Shown here one piece after another: positions 29,585 to 44,872 of a DNA stretch of 64,000 nucleotides; positions within the stretch are counted from its first letter, which is position 1, and each line of letters begins with the position of its first letter. The DNA is from an uncultured Eubacteriales bacterium. Lineage in GTDB: Bacteria > Bacillota > Clostridia > Christensenellales > CAG-917. The notes beneath the pieces were generated by a model. The model ran no database searches. It was given only the letters and a program-made list of their open reading frames with translations, and was not told the origin of the DNA. Position numbers and translations under genes: made by a program. The stretch lies in NCBI GenBank assembly GCA_900322215.1, contig ONYW01000002.1, positions 3,164-67,163 of the forward strand, read 5' to 3'.

Positions 29585-29652
29585 AACATGAGTTTCATTA
29601 AAATCAGGACTTTATCCACTTATTTTATAGTTGTAAAGTGGCGGTTTTGCAA

Positions 29653-32331
29653 TTAACGCTTTTTATTTCTTATGAAACTCCTTGAGTTTGCTTGGCTCTT
29701 AGCGGCGTTCATTGCACGTTCTTGCTGCTCAGCCTTTTTGCGTTTTTGTTCCGCGACTTCGCTGTAATACGGCATCTTCATAAGCGCGGAAGCCGTGCCC
29801 GTGTGAATGCTGTTTACCATCTCGTCAAACATCTCCCAACCTTCCTCGCGGTAGGCGATGACAGGATCGCGTTGACCGAGTCCGCGGAGTCCGATACCGC
29901 GACGCAACACGTCCATAGACTCTATATGGTCTATCCACTTTGCGTCGACGTTTTTGAGAAGCACGAGGCGCTCTACCGCACCGAAGTCTATGCCGTTCTC
30001 TTTTGCGTCCTCAGCCTTTGCCTCATAATCTTTAAGCGCCACGTCCATGACCGCTTCTTTGAGTTTGTTCACGTTGAAGCAGGAGCAAAGGTCCACAGTC
30101 ATGACGTCCGAGCCTTCGGGGAGCATCCTGCGTTCGAGTTCTTGGTTGAATGCCGCGTAGTCCCACGTTTGATAGTCGACTTTGTAGTTCGCGTGCGCGG
30201 AGATAATCTCCTCCGCAAGGTCGTCTATCATGTCGAGGATTTGATCGTGTACGTCAAGCCCGTCAAGCACCTTTGCGCGCTCTTTGTAGATGATTTCGCG
30301 CTGTGCGTTTATGACGTCGTCATAGGAGAGAACCTGCTTTCTTGCGGCATAGTTCCTACCCTCGACAAGGCGTTGCGCCCTTTCGATTTGCTTTGTAATC
30401 ATTCTGTTGGAGATCGCCTCGTCAGGCGGAAGATTGAACATGGTCGCAACAGATTTGAGCCTGTCTCCGCCAAAGATTCTTGCCACGTCGTCCTCGAGCG
30501 AGATGTAGAACACGGAACTTCCCGGATCGCCTTGACGACCTGCACGGCCTCTGAGCTGGTTGTCTATTCGGCGAGATTCGTGTCTCTCCGTGCCGATGAT
30601 GTGAAGACCGCCCGCTTCGATGACCTTCTCTTTTTCCGCGTCGCAGTTTGCCTTGAACGCGTCGTAGTGATGCTTGAAGACTTCCTTTGCCTTGATGACT
30701 TCGGGATCTTCCGACTTCAAAGGAGAGACCGCCTTTTCAATGATTTCAAGCGTATAGCCGTCCTTCTCCATCTTTTGTCTCGCCTGGTACTCCGGGTTTC
30801 CGCCGAGCATGATATCCGTACCACGGCCCGCCATGTTGGTTGCAATTGTCACGGCGTTCAGTTTGCCTGCTTGCGCGATGATAGCGGACTCTTGCTTGTG
30901 GTTCTTTGCGTTGAGTACGTGATGATATATGCCCTTCCTGTTCAGGATTTTACTGAGGTTTTCGGATTTTTCAACGCTCACCGTGCCGACGAGTATCGGT
31001 TGTCCCGTCGCGTGATGGTCGAGAATGTCTTGAATGATCGCGGTGATTTTGCCGTCTATCGTCGTGTAGATTTGATCCTGTTCGTCATATCTTTGCGACG
31101 GCTTGTTGGACGGAATCGTCACGACGTCCAAGGCGTATATGTCCTTAAACTCGTCCTCTTCCGTCTTCGCTGTACCCGTCATACCGCTGAGTTTTTTGTA
31201 CATACGGAAGAAGTTTTGGAAGGTGATCGTCGCGATCGTACGGTTCTCGTCACGTATAGCGACGTGTTCTTTTGCTTCGATCGCTTGGTGCAAGCCCTCC
31301 GAAAATCTGCGGCCTATCATGACGCGCCCGGTAAACTCGTCAACGATGAGCACTTCGCCCTCGCTCACGATATAGTTGATGTCGCGCTTCATGATATAGT
31401 TTGCTTTGAGAGCCTGTTGAATGTGGTTGTTGAGTTCGATATTGTCGATATCCGTGAGGTTGTCAACCTTGAAGAACTTCTCCGCCTCGGCAACGCCCTT
31501 GTCCGTGAGCATAACCGTTCTTTCCTTTTCGTTGATAGTGAAATCGGCGTCGTCGGGGATTTCCTCCTGCTTCTTCATAATCTTGCTCTCAGGCTCGCTG
31601 ACCACAAAGCCTTTGCACTTCTTCGCAAAGCGATCGGCTTGAATGTAGAGTTCGTTGGATTTGTCCCCCCTGCCCGAGATGATAAGCGGAGTCCTTGCCT
31701 CGTCGATAAGGATAGAGTCAACTTCGTCGACAATTGCAAAGTTCAATTCCCTTTGCAACTTTTGTGCCTTGGACGTTATCATATTGTCGCGAAGGAAGTC
31801 AAAACCGAGTTCGTTGTTCGTGCAATAGGTGATGTCGCACGCATACTGCCTTTGCTTGACGGCAGGGTGCATTTGCGGGACGATGATACCGACCGTAAGC
31901 CCCAAAAAGGTGTAGAGTTTGCCCATCCAGTTTGCGTCACGGACAGTCAAATAGTCGTTGACTGTGACGACGTGCACGCCCTTGCCCTCCAAAGCGTTGA
32001 GGTATGCGGGCATGGTTGCGACAAGAGTCTTACCTTCACCGGTTGCCATCTCGGCGATTCTGCCCTGGTGGAGTGCGATACCGCCCATGATTTGCACGAA
32101 GAATGGACGAAGTCCGAGGACTCTGTCCGCCGCCTCGCGACATACGGCAAAAGCGTCGGGCAAAATATCGTCGAGTTTCTCGCCGTTTGCGAGGCGATCT
32201 TTGAGCGCGGGCGTCATTGCCCTGAGCTCGTCGTCCGTCATCGCCTTGTACTTTTCGGAAAGGGCGTCGACTTTCTCCGCAATTTTTTTGAGTTTTTTAA
32301 CCCTTGATTTGTTTTCGTCAAAGAGTGCCAT
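29653..32331 (-). CDS. secA: preprotein translocase ATPase SecA
   Basis: 892 aa. MATGEGKT Walker A, the DEVDSILIDEARTPLIISG motif, and GTERHESRRIDNQLRGRAGRQGDPG. Confidence 0.97.
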   Translation of the reverse strand: MALFDENKSRVKKLKKIAEKVDALSEKYKAMTDDELRAMTPALKDRLANGEKLDDILPDAFAVCREAADRVLGLRPFFVQIMGGIALHQGRIAEMATGEGKTLVATMPAYLNALEGKGVHVVTVNDYLTVRDANWMGKLYTFLGLTVGIIVPQMHPAVKQRQYACDITYCTNNELGFDFLRDNMITSKAQKLQRELNFAIVDEVDSILIDEARTPLIISGRGDKSNELYIQADRFAKKCKGFVVSEPESKIMKKQEEIPDDADFTINEKERTVMLTDKGVAEAEKFFKVDNLTDIDNIELNNHIQQALKANYIMKRDINYIVSEGEVLIVDEFTGRVMIGRRFSEGLHQAIEAKEHVAIRDENRTIATITFQNFFRMYKKLSGMTGTAKTEEDEFKDIYALDVVTIPSNKPSQRYDEQDQIYTTIDGKITAIIQDILDHHATGQPILVGTVSVEKSENLSKILNRKGIYHHVLNAKNHKQESAIIAQAGKLNAVTIATNMAGRGTDIMLGGNPEYQARQKMEKDGYTLEIIEKAVSPLKSEDPEVIKAKEVFKHHYDAFKANCDAEKEKVIEAGGLHIIGTERHESRRIDNQLRGRAGRQGDPGSSVFYISLEDDVARIFGGDRLKSVATMFNLPPDEAISNRMITKQIERAQRLVEGRNYAARKQVLSYDDVINAQREIIYKERAKVLDGLDVHDQILDMIDDLAEEIISAHANYKVDYQTWDYAAFNQELERRMLPEGSDVMTVDLCSCFNVNKLKEAVMDVALKDYEAKAEDAKENGIDFGAVERLVLLKNVDAKWIDHIESMDVLRRGIGLRGLGQRDPVIAYREEGWEMFDEMVNSIHTGTASALMKMPYYSEVAEQKRKKAEQQERAMNAAKSQANSRSFIRNKKR

Positions 32332-32442
32332 ATTTTCTCCTTTACGCGAGCCTTCGGCTCATATACATATCATAATAACACTTATTTTCTATCATACATC
32401 AAATAACAGCAATTTTTGCATTATTTGCGGTGTATTTTCTTT

Positions 32443-33276
32443 TTATTCTTCGACAAGCTCGATCTTGATGTCCGTCTTGTCCTCGTCGAGGCGTCTTTTG
32501 CGCCTTGAACGCCTGTCTCCGTCGTCGTCCGATCTTTCCTCTTCGAGTTTCAGCACGGTGACTGCGGCAGTCAGCACGTTTACGCTCTTCGCCTTGCCTT
32601 TGAGCAGTGCCTTAGAGCATTCGTTTGCGGTCGCGCCCGTCGTGAATATGTCGTCGACGAGCAGGACGTTCAGCCTCTTTATCTCGTCGAACACGCATTT
32701 GAACGCGTCCTTCAAGTTGCTCTCTCTTCCCTCTCTCGTCAGTTCTTTTTGTTGAGAAGTGTCCCTGACCTTTATGAGCGCGGGGAGGACGGGAATATTC
32801 AGCCTCTTCCCCACCTCGCGTGCCAAGAGTTCCGCTTGGTTGAACCCGCGTTTTCTTTTCTCTTTGTCCGTCATAGGCACGAAAGTTATGACGTCCGCTT
32901 GCATCTTGTTTTGCAAAAAGCAGTCCGCCATCATCGCGCCGAGCGTCTCCGTGATATACTTTTTGCCGAGGAACTTCATCTCATAGATCAAGTGCTTGGT
33001 CTTCTCGTCATAGACGAGCGGTGAGCGGGAACGCTCGAACACGCTCTCCTGCTTTTGACACCTGAGACAATAGTCTCCCTCGTCTTTGAGAGGCGCGCCG
33101 CACACTTGGCAAATATGCCCGTCTATCATAGGCAGTTCCTGCGAACACTTCGCGCACAGCCTATACCGAGTCTCTGCCACGAGTTCTCCGCCGCAGCAGT
33201 CACAAGTTATATCTTTTGGAAAGAGCGCGTCGTCCACCGCCTTCAAAGCACGTTTGAAAAAATCATTCGCTTTCAT
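32443..33276 (-). CDS. comFC: ComF-family phosphoribosyltransferase-like protein (ComFC) with charged C-terminal extension
   Basis: N-terminal Cys pairs (CDCCG, CAKC, CQVCG, CLRC), the PRT motif VLLVDDIFTTGAT, and a 4-nt overlap with recD2. Confidence 0.85.
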   Translation of the reverse strand: MKANDFFKRALKAVDDALFPKDITCDCCGGELVAETRYRLCAKCSQELPMIDGHICQVCGAPLKDEGDYCLRCQKQESVFERSRSPLVYDEKTKHLIYEMKFLGKKYITETLGAMMADCFLQNKMQADVITFVPMTDKEKRKRGFNQAELLAREVGKRLNIPVLPALIKVRDTSQQKELTREGRESNLKDAFKCVFDEIKRLNVLLVDDIFTTGATANECSKALLKGKAKSVNVLTAAVTVLKLEEERSDDDGDRRSRRKRRLDEDKTDIKIELVEE

Positions 33277-35492
33277 GCAAACCGTTTCGCCTCCTCTCCG
33301 ATAAGGTTCACGAGCAGCGAGTATCTCCTTGCCGTCTCGTTGTTTCGTATCATCCTTGCGATGGTGTTTTTTGCCCCCGTGATGACGACGAGTTTCTTTG
33401 CGCGCGTAACCGCGGTATACAGGAGATTTCTTGTTTGCAACATATAGTTTGCGTCGAGTGCAATGACGACTGCGTCAAACTCCGAACCCTGCGATTTGTG
33501 TATCGTGACGGCATAGGCAAGCACCAGTTCGTCAAGGTTGTCACTTGCATAAACAGCCACTTTATCGTCATCAAAACGCACGGTAAACTGCAACATTTGC
33601 GTGTTGATGCTCTCTATCACACCGATATCTCCGTTGAAAACGCCCTTGCCGGAATCGATCCTGAAATCCGTTTGTTGTTTCCAACTGAGGTCGTAATTGT
33701 TGACGACTTGCATCACCTTGTCGCCCTCTCTGAAAATGAAGTCGCCGTGCTTTACTTCGCGCTTTTGAGGAGAAGGCGGGTTGATGGCTTTTTGAAGTTC
33801 GCGGTTTATGTTGTAAATTCCCGCCGAACCTCTCTTCATCGGGCAAAGGACTTGTATGTCCTGCGGGCGCATGTTTAGATATTTCGGAAGTCTCTTCGTG
33901 ACAAGGGAGAGCGTCGACGCGCATATATCGTCCGCGTTTTGTCGCTCTTCAAAGAAGAAGTCGCTGCTCTTGTTGTCGAGATCCGGCATGATGCCGTCGT
34001 TTATCTTGTGAGCGTTCGGAACAATCTTGCTGTCCTCGCTTTGCCTGTAAATTTGTGTAAGGTAACTCACGTTGAAGTTACCGCATGCGATGAGGTCGTG
34101 GAGCACGTTGCCCGCTCCCACCGAAGCGAGTTGGTCCTTGTCGCCGACAAGCACGAGCCTTGCGCCCCTCTTCATAGCCTGCAACAGGGCGCAAAAAACG
34201 TATTCGTCCACCATACTGACCTCGTCGACAATGATGACGTCTTCCATAAGGTGGTTGTAGTCCGCGTCGGGATCGAACTCCGATATAGGCTCGTCGTTGC
34301 CCCAGGCAAGTTCTATAAGGCGGTGTATCGTCTTTGCTTCTTCTCCCGTCGCTTGAGAGAGTCTCTTTGCGGCGCGACCGGTAGGTGCACAAAGCGCAAC
34401 GGATTGCTTCATATTCTTGAACAGGCGAAGCACGCACTTGACTATTGTCGTCTTTCCCGTGCCGGGACCGCCCGTTATTATCTGCACGCCGTTTTCTATC
34501 GCCTCTTTGACGGCGGCGACTTGATTTTCGTGCAAAGTTATGCCCTGCTCCTCTTCAAATCGCTTTATCTCATAGTCCACGTCGGCTCTGAAATCCGCCG
34601 CCTCCGTGTTTAGTTGCAGGAGTTTCGTCGCGATAGTCTTCTCGGTGTAATAGGCGTTTTTGAGCATAATCGCAATATGCTCGCCCGTATCGTATCTCAC
34701 GAGGTCGCCGAGCATAACCATATCGGAGATATTGTCGCGCACCCTGCTCTCGACGTCTTCGTCAAGCGCAAGCAGGCTGACTGCTCCGCGCACCAAGTCC
34801 TCGTACGGGAGATAGTTGTGTCCGAGTTTTACCGACGCATCTTTGAGAAGATAGGTGACCGCCGCGCAAATCCTATAATCGCTGTCCTTTGCGATGCCGA
34901 GTTCGCCCGCAATCCTGTCCGCGGTTTGAAAACCTACGCCCACTATATCGTCGATGAGAAGATACGGGTTGTTACGCACCTTTTGGACTGTCAGCGACTC
35001 GTATTTCTTGTAGATTTTGAGCGCCATGCCTATAGGAATGCCGAGGTCTTGCAGGAAGATAATCGAGTCCTGCATTTTTTGGAGTTTTGAATAACCCATG
35101 CAAAACTCGGTCGCCTTTTTGAGAGATATGCCCTTTACCTTTGCGAGTTCGACGGGGTAATTCATGGCGTTCAGCGACTCGACTCCGAATTTGTCTACGA
35201 TAGCCTGCGCCGTGACGGGACCGAGCCCGTAGATGAGTCCGCTTGCAAGAAAGTGCTTTATGCCCTCTATCTTTGACGGTTGCGACACCCAAATCTTGTC
35301 CGCGGCAAACTGCTTGCCGTATATGGAACGCGACTGGAACTTGCCCTCAACCTTAATATTTTGGCCGACGCTCAAAGGCGGAAAAGTCCCGACAACCGTG
35401 AAAAGACTGTCCTCGCATCTCATGTCGAGGACCGTATATCCCGTCTCTTCACTCCTGAAAATCAGGTCTTTGATTTCGCCTTCAAGTATCAT
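33273..35492 (-). CDS. recD2: RecD2-type SF1B ATP-dependent DNA helicase
   Basis: 739 aa. ITGGPGTGKTT Walker A, IIVDEVSMVD Walker B, and C-terminal YAVTIHKSQGSEF. Confidence 0.9.
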   Translation of the reverse strand: MILEGEIKDLIFRSEETGYTVLDMRCEDSLFTVVGTFPPLSVGQNIKVEGKFQSRSIYGKQFAADKIWVSQPSKIEGIKHFLASGLIYGLGPVTAQAIVDKFGVESLNAMNYPVELAKVKGISLKKATEFCMGYSKLQKMQDSIIFLQDLGIPIGMALKIYKKYESLTVQKVRNNPYLLIDDIVGVGFQTADRIAGELGIAKDSDYRICAAVTYLLKDASVKLGHNYLPYEDLVRGAVSLLALDEDVESRVRDNISDMVMLGDLVRYDTGEHIAIMLKNAYYTEKTIATKLLQLNTEAADFRADVDYEIKRFEEEQGITLHENQVAAVKEAIENGVQIITGGPGTGKTTIVKCVLRLFKNMKQSVALCAPTGRAAKRLSQATGEEAKTIHRLIELAWGNDEPISEFDPDADYNHLMEDVIIVDEVSMVDEYVFCALLQAMKRGARLVLVGDKDQLASVGAGNVLHDLIACGNFNVSYLTQIYRQSEDSKIVPNAHKINDGIMPDLDNKSSDFFFEERQNADDICASTLSLVTKRLPKYLNMRPQDIQVLCPMKRGSAGIYNINRELQKAINPPSPQKREVKHGDFIFREGDKVMQVVNNYDLSWKQQTDFRIDSGKGVFNGDIGVIESINTQMLQFTVRFDDDKVAVYASDNLDELVLAYAVTIHKSQGSEFDAVVIALDANYMLQTRNLLYTAVTRAKKLVVITGAKNTIARMIRNNETARRYSLLVNLIGEEAKRFA

Positions 35493-35649
35493 TGTGTTTC
35501 CTTGTTTGTATATTGGTTTTGTGTGTATTGGCTGTGTTCGTTCGCGTGATTGTTCTTGTCAACATTCGCACAACACGCGGTTTATATAGCAAAATTTTGC
35601 ATATAAACCCGCTGTTTTGCAAATATCACGCAAACTTTGTTTCTTGTTT

Positions 35650-35686
35650 ATTATACAAACGACAGGCTAGTCTTCGCCTGTCGTTC
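35650..35686 (-). terminator. probable metK terminator
   Basis: acgacaggc(35659-67)/gcctgtcgt(35676-84), followed by ttgtataat on the minus strand. The T-tract is weak. Confidence 0.45.
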
Positions 35687-35699
35687 GTCTCTTGTTTAT

Positions 35700-36878
35700 T
35701 CAAAAATTGTATTTTGCGAGTTCTTGCTTTATCTCGTCCACTTTGTCCGTCTCTTCCCACGCAAAGCCTTTTCTTCCAAAGTGACCGTAGTTGGAAGTAG
35801 CCCTGTAGATAGGCGTATCGAGGCGGAGGTTGTTGATGATGGCAAGAGGTCTGAAATCGAAGACTTCTCTCACTATCTTTGAGATTATATCGTCGCTCAC
35901 AACGCCTGTTCCGAACGTATTGACGTAGATTGAGACAGGATTTGCCATACCGATAGCATAGGCGACTTGAAGTTCAACTCGCTTGCACACGCCTGCCGCA
36001 ACAAGGTTTTTGCAAGCGTATCTTGCCATATAGCAAGCGGATCTGTCAACCTTTGTCGGATCTTTGCCGGAGAATGAGCCACCGCCGTGCGGGCAAAAAC
36101 CGCCGTAGGTGTCGACGATGATTTTTCTTCCGGTAAGACCGCTGTCACCCGCAGGACCGCCGATGACAAAACGTCCGGTCGGGTTGATATAGATCTTTGT
36201 GTCGTCGTCAAGGAATTCCTCCGGAATTGCGACGTTTATCACCTTGTCGATGATTTCGCGCTCGATTTCTTCCTTGCTTATATAGTCTGCGTGTTGGCAA
36301 CTGACGACAACCGTGTCGACTCTCGACGGCACGTCGTCTTCATACTCGACGGTAACTTGCGCTTTGCCGTCAGGTCTCAACCACTCGATTTCGCCGCTCT
36401 TTCTGACTTCCGTGAGGCGTGCGGTGAGTTTGTGTGCGAGGACGATAGGAAGAGGCATAAGTTCCTCCGTCTCATCCGTTGCATAGCCAAACATCATACC
36501 TTGATCGCCCGCGCCTCTGAGGTCATAGACGTCGCCGTCGCTGTCGCTGGCGTGATTTACGCCCTGCGCGATGTCGGGAGACTGCTCTTGAATAGAACTG
36601 AGCACGGCGCAAGTCTTGTAGTCAAAGCCGAGTGCGCTGTCGTTGTAGCCAATATCTTTGAGAACGCCGCGTACGATGGTCGGAATGTCGGCATAATGCT
36701 CTGTCGTCACTTCGCCGAACACCATAACCATACCCGTTGTGGCGCAAACTTCGATTGCGGTGTGCGCGGACGGATCCTCGGTGAAAATATCATCGAGGAT
36801 CGCGTCGGCGATTTGATCGCAAACTTTGTCAGGGTGACCTTCGGTCACGCTTTCTGATGTAAATAAAGTTTTGTTCAT
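35700..36878 (-). CDS. metK: S-adenosylmethionine synthase
   Basis: [24 protein letters not shown] and DTYGG motifs. Its ATG overlaps the rpoC stop (TAATG). Confidence 0.97.
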   Translation of the reverse strand: MNKTLFTSESVTEGHPDKVCDQIADAILDDIFTEDPSAHTAIEVCATTGMVMVFGEVTTEHYADIPTIVRGVLKDIGYNDSALGFDYKTCAVLSSIQEQSPDIAQGVNHASDSDGDVYDLRGAGDQGMMFGYATDETEELMPLPIVLAHKLTARLTEVRKSGEIEWLRPDGKAQVTVEYEDDVPSRVDTVVVSCQHADYISKEEIEREIIDKVINVAIPEEFLDDDTKIYINPTGRFVIGGPAGDSGLTGRKIIVDTYGGFCPHGGGSFSGKDPTKVDRSACYMARYACKNLVAAGVCKRVELQVAYAIGMANPVSIYVNTFGTGVVSDDIISKIVREVFDFRPLAIINNLRLDTPIYRATSNYGHFGRKGFAWEETDKVDEIKQELAKYNF

Positions 36879-39800
36879 TAGTCTTCTTCAACGTCCGCAA
36901 GAACAGGAACTTCGACTTCTTCTTGTCTCGGTTGTTCCGCAGGAACTGTAGTGATATTCTTGTAGCACTTCATGCCGGTACCTGCCGGAATGAGTTTGCC
37001 GATAATAACGTTCTCTTTGAGACCGATAAGCGGGTCGATTCTGTTGTTGATAGCAGCCTCCGCGAGGACCTTTGCAGTCTCTTGGAAGGATGCGGCAGAA
37101 AGGAATGACTCAGTTGCAAGCGCGGCCTTTGTGATACCGAGAAGCGTACGCTTTGCGTTTGCCGGCTCGCCGCCCTTTTCGATTGCCTTTTCGTTTTCGT
37201 CCTCGTATGTGAAGATGTCGACGAGCGTGCCCGGGAGCATGTTCGTATCGCCTTGGTTTTCAATTCTTACCTTGCGGAGCATTTGTCTGACGATGACTTC
37301 AACGTGCTTATCGTTGATTTCAACGCCTGCCGTGCGGTATGCGGATTGAACTTCTTTTGCGATATATTCTTGAACGCCCTTGACGCCCTTGGCTTTCAAC
37401 ATATCTTGAGGGTTGATAGAACCGCGAGTGAGCGGATCGCCTGCGCTGAGAGTTTCGCCCTCTTCGACGAGGATATTCGCGTTGTACGGGATAGCGTATG
37501 CTTTTGTCTCGCCGTCGGAGCCTGTGACCGTGATTTCACGTCTGTCGTCGGAGATGTGCACGACACCGCCAGCCTCCGTGATGACCGCTTGTCCTTTCGG
37601 CTTTCTTGCCTCGAACAATTCTTCAACACGCGGCAAACCTTGTGTGATATCGTCGTCCGTTGCGACGCCGCCCGAGTGGAAGGTTCTCATCGTAAGCTGA
37701 GTACCCGGTTCACCGATGGATTGCGCTGCGATGATACCGACCGCTTCACCGATCTTGACGGGGTTGCCCGACGCCATGTTCTTGCCGTAGCACTTGACGC
37801 AAACGCCGTTTCTCGTCTTACAAGTGAGGATGGAGCGGATAAGCACGCCCGGTTGATGGTGCATATCGCTGCCCGCCTTTTGCCATGCGTCCGTCAAAAT
37901 CTTGTCTATCTCCTTTGCCTTGTCGGAGGAGATGAGAGTGTCTTTTTCGCAGAGGATTTCGCCTGTTTCGGGATTTACGACGTCGTTTACCGTAAATCTA
38001 CCTGCGATTCTGTCCGCCATAGATTCGACGATGTTGTCCTTGCCGTTGATTTCGCCGCGGATAGCGGTGATAAACGTACCCTTTGTGTCGCCGCAGTCTT
38101 GCTCGCGCACGATGACGGAGTGAGAAACGTCGACGAGACGTCTTGTGAGGTAACCGGAGTCAGCCGTTTTAAGAGCCGTATCCGCGAGACCTTTTCTTCC
38201 GCCGTGCGAAGAGATGAAGTATTCGAGAACCGACAAGCCTTCGCGGAAGGAGGAACGAACAGGGAGTTCGATCGTCTTACCTGACGGGTCCGCCATAAGA
38301 CCACGCATACCTGCGAGCTGACGGATTTGTCCCATACTACCACGGGCGCCGGAGTTTGCCATCATCCAAATCGGGTTGAAGTCGTCAAGTCCCTTTGTGA
38401 GTTCGTCCTCGACTTTCTTGGACGCGGCTGTCCAAATCTTGATAATCTCTTTGTAACGACCTTCTTCGGAGAAGATACCGCGAGCATAGAGTTTTTCGAC
38501 TTGAACGACCTGTGCCTCCGCTTGGCGAATGAGTTCTTTCTTGTCGCCCGGGATGTGCATATCGAAGACTGACGTCGTGATCGCGCCGATCGTGGAGTAT
38601 TTGTAGCCGAGTGCTTTGACCTTGTCAAGCATCATAGCCGTCTCGGTTGCGCCGTGGAACTTGAAGCAGTTGTCGATGATTTGAGAAAGTTGCTTCTTGC
38701 CGATAGCCATCGCCTTCTTGCCGAGCACCTTTTGAATTGCTTCGCGAAGCGCGGTGATTTCGAGGAGGTGGTTCTTGTTGTCCGTTATATCGAGTTCTCC
38801 GCTCGCCTTGATAGCGTCCTCAATCTTTTCGACTTGTGCGTCTGAAAGGTCTTGTCTTCTAAGTATTGAACGCGCACGTGCGTATGCGTCCTTGTCGCCT
38901 GCATGATTTCTGAAGAGGTCGACGACCGCCGCGAATTGCTTTTCGTCAATGCTTGCGCGGAGACCGAGTATACCTTCGACTTCGAGTTCGCCGAGATTTT
39001 CTTCCTTTGTTCTGTCAACGAATTGATAGTCTTGGTGAATGTTGTCGTTGAAGATGCAGCGACCGAGCGTCGTGTGCAAGAGCTTTGTGCGCTCGTTGCC
39101 GTCGAAGTCCGTATATTTGACGCGGATATAGCAGAGGGATTGGAGCGTGAGGTCGTGATCTTGATATGCGATCATCGCCTCGTCGAAGGAACTGTAATAG
39201 TTGCCCTCTCCAAGTGCGCCCGGCTTTACGATCGTGAGGTAGTAAGAACCGATGATCATATCCTGCGTCGGAACGACGATAGGCTTGCCGTCAGAAAGTT
39301 TCAAGATGTTGTTCGTGCAGAGCATGAGGATTCTTGCCTCTGCTTGCGCTTCGATAGAGAGCGGTACGTGGACAGCCATTTGGTCGCCGTCGAAGTCCGC
39401 GTTGAACGCGCCGCACGCGAGTGGGTGGAGTTTTATTGCTCTACCTTCGACAAGCACGGGTTCAAACGCTTGAATACCGAGTCTGTGGAGCGTCGGAGCA
39501 CGGTTGAGAAGCACAGGGTGATCCTTGATGATCTCTTCCAAGATGTCCCAAACTTGATTCTTGCCCGTATCGACAAAGCGCTTTGCGCTCTTGATGTTGT
39601 GGCAGAGGTTTCTCTCGACGAGTTTGTTCATGATGAACGGCTTGAAGAGTTCGAGAGCCATTTCCTTTGGCAAACCGCATTGATAGAGTTTGAGTTCAGG
39701 ACCGACGACGATAACCGAACGACCGGAGTAGTCGACGCGCTTACCGAGGAGGTTTTGACGGAAACGACCTTGTTTGCCGCGGAGGTAACCTGTCAAGGAT

Positions 39801-40747
39801 TTGAGGTCTCTGTTGCCTGCGCCTGAAACCGCTTTGCCTCTGCGACCGTTGTCGATGAGAGCGTCAACGGCTTCTTGAAGCATACGCTTTTCGTTTCTGA
39901 CGATCATGTCAGGAGCGCCGAGTTCTTTGAGTTTTTTAAGACGGTTGTTACGGTTGATGACGCGACGATAGAGGTCGTTAAGATCGCTCGTTGCGTATCT
40001 GCCGCCGTCGAGTTGAACCATTGGTCTGAGTTCAGGCGGAAGCACCGGAAGCACGTCCATAACCATCCATTCGGGCTTGTTGCCGGATTGACGGAACGCC
40101 TCGACGATTTCAAGACGCTTGACCGCTTGGATTCTCTTTTGACCGACGCTTGACGTGATGATTTGCTTGAGTTGTTCGCTTTCTTTGTCGAGGTCGACTT
40201 CCATAAGGAGTTCCTTGACAGCCTCGGCGCCCATACCGACTTTGAAGTCGTTGACGGAATACTTTTCAAGCAAGTTTCTATATTCGTTGTCAGTGATAAT
40301 TTGTTTTTTCGTGAGTTCCGTGACGTTGCCCGGGTCGATGACGATGTAGTTTACAAAGTAAACGACTTGTTCGAGTTCCTTTGGAGAAACGCCGAGCAAA
40401 ATTGCGATTCTTGACGGAACGCCTCTGAGGTACCAAATGTGCGTGACAGGGGTTGCGAGTTCGATATGTCCCATTCTTTCGCGACGAACTTTGGACTTTG
40501 TGACTTCAACACCGCACTTTTCGCAGATGATGCCTTTGTATCTGATTCTCTTGTATCTACCGCAGTGGCATTCCCAGTCTCTCGTAGGCCCGAAAATTCT
40601 TTCGCAGAAGAGGCCGTCACGCTCAGGTTTTTGTGTACGGTAGTTGATGGTTTCAGGTTTTGTAACCTCGCCGTAAGACCATTCTCTGATCTTTTCAGGC
40701 GAAGCGATGCCGATTTGTATAGCGTCGAAATTGCTTAATTCGTACAT
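36878..40747 (-). CDS. rpoC: DNA-directed RNA polymerase subunit beta'
   Basis: 1289 aa. The zinc motif [20 protein letters not shown] and the catalytic NADFDGDQM. Confidence 0.98.
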   Translation of the reverse strand: MYELSNFDAIQIGIASPEKIREWSYGEVTKPETINYRTQKPERDGLFCERIFGPTRDWECHCGRYKRIRYKGIICEKCGVEVTKSKVRRERMGHIELATPVTHIWYLRGVPSRIAILLGVSPKELEQVVYFVNYIVIDPGNVTELTKKQIITDNEYRNLLEKYSVNDFKVGMGAEAVKELLMEVDLDKESEQLKQIITSSVGQKRIQAVKRLEIVEAFRQSGNKPEWMVMDVLPVLPPELRPMVQLDGGRYATSDLNDLYRRVINRNNRLKKLKELGAPDMIVRNEKRMLQEAVDALIDNGRRGKAVSGAGNRDLKSLTGYLRGKQGRFRQNLLGKRVDYSGRSVIVVGPELKLYQCGLPKEMALELFKPFIMNKLVERNLCHNIKSAKRFVDTGKNQVWDILEEIIKDHPVLLNRAPTLHRLGIQAFEPVLVEGRAIKLHPLACGAFNADFDGDQMAVHVPLSIEAQAEARILMLCTNNILKLSDGKPIVVPTQDMIIGSYYLTIVKPGALGEGNYYSSFDEAMIAYQDHDLTLQSLCYIRVKYTDFDGNERTKLLHTTLGRCIFNDNIHQDYQFVDRTKEENLGELEVEGILGLRASIDEKQFAAVVDLFRNHAGDKDAYARARSILRRQDLSDAQVEKIEDAIKASGELDITDNKNHLLEITALREAIQKVLGKKAMAIGKKQLSQIIDNCFKFHGATETAMMLDKVKALGYKYSTIGAITTSVFDMHIPGDKKELIRQAEAQVVQVEKLYARGIFSEEGRYKEIIKIWTAASKKVEDELTKGLDDFNPIWMMANSGARGSMGQIRQLAGMRGLMADPSGKTIELPVRSSFREGLSVLEYFISSHGGRKGLADTALKTADSGYLTRRLVDVSHSVIVREQDCGDTKGTFITAIRGEINGKDNIVESMADRIAGRFTVNDVVNPETGEILCEKDTLISSDKAKEIDKILTDAWQKAGSDMHHQPGVLIRSILTCKTRNGVCVKCYGKNMASGNPVKIGEAVGIIAAQSIGEPGTQLTMRTFHSGGVATDDDITQGLPRVEELFEARKPKGQAVITEAGGVVHISDDRREITVTGSDGETKAYAIPYNANILVEEGETLSAGDPLTRGSINPQDMLKAKGVKGVQEYIAKEVQSAYRTAGVEINDKHVEVIVRQMLRKVRIENQGDTNMLPGTLVDIFTYEDENEKAIEKGGEPANAKRTLLGITKAALATESFLSAASFQETAKVLAEAAINNRIDPLIGLKENVIIGKLIPAGTGMKCYKNITTVPAEQPRQEEVEVPVLADVEED

Positions 40748-40759
40748 ATCATACCCTCC

Positions 40760-44617
<3,858 letters not shown>

Positions 44618-44843
44618 TCCTTAAAAAAATTACGTTGTTGCGATTGTCTCCCGCCAATTTTTCGTGACTTTTTGAAAAACTTTTGTCGTCACCAAAATTT
44701 TTGGTTTTTTATTTAGTCAAAATTCGACCGACAATCATTGCTTGTTTTGTTGCATTTTCCCAAAATACATACTGTTTATTACCCCCTACCCCCAAAAACT
44801 GACGTCTTCGGGGGCAGATAGGCGTATAAAAGGACAATTTTCA

Positions 44844-44872
44844 ATTATATAAACTTTTGTCAAATCTGTCAA
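44844..44872 (-). promoter_or_regulatory. consensus sigma70 promoter for rpoBC
   Basis: Minus strand reads TTGACA (44867-72), 17 nt, TATAAT (44844-49). This implies a leader of about 220 nt. Confidence 0.65.

Noticed and set aside
29382-29585. ORFs crossing the two-copy element (29382-29585 +, 44857-45207 +, 44997-45224 +, 45010-45381 -, 45048-45278 -).
   Set aside because: Similarity between the copies continues outside the ORFs and across frame changes. The variable segments differ in length by non-multiples of 3 yet preserve base pairing. The conservation is therefore RNA/DNA-like, not protein-like.
29692-32307. 871-aa ORF antisense to secA. Similar long antisense ORFs include 1090-2127, 22444-23373, 26729-27850, 33939-34613, 37253-38284, 38903-39826, 41696-42832, 43589-44554, 53539-54666 and 54697-56091.
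   Set aside because: Each lies entirely opposite a gene with unmistakable family motifs. Their translations are low-complexity (rich in R/V/F/D/H) with no recognisable motifs. They are typical shadow ORFs produced by the codon bias of the sense genes.
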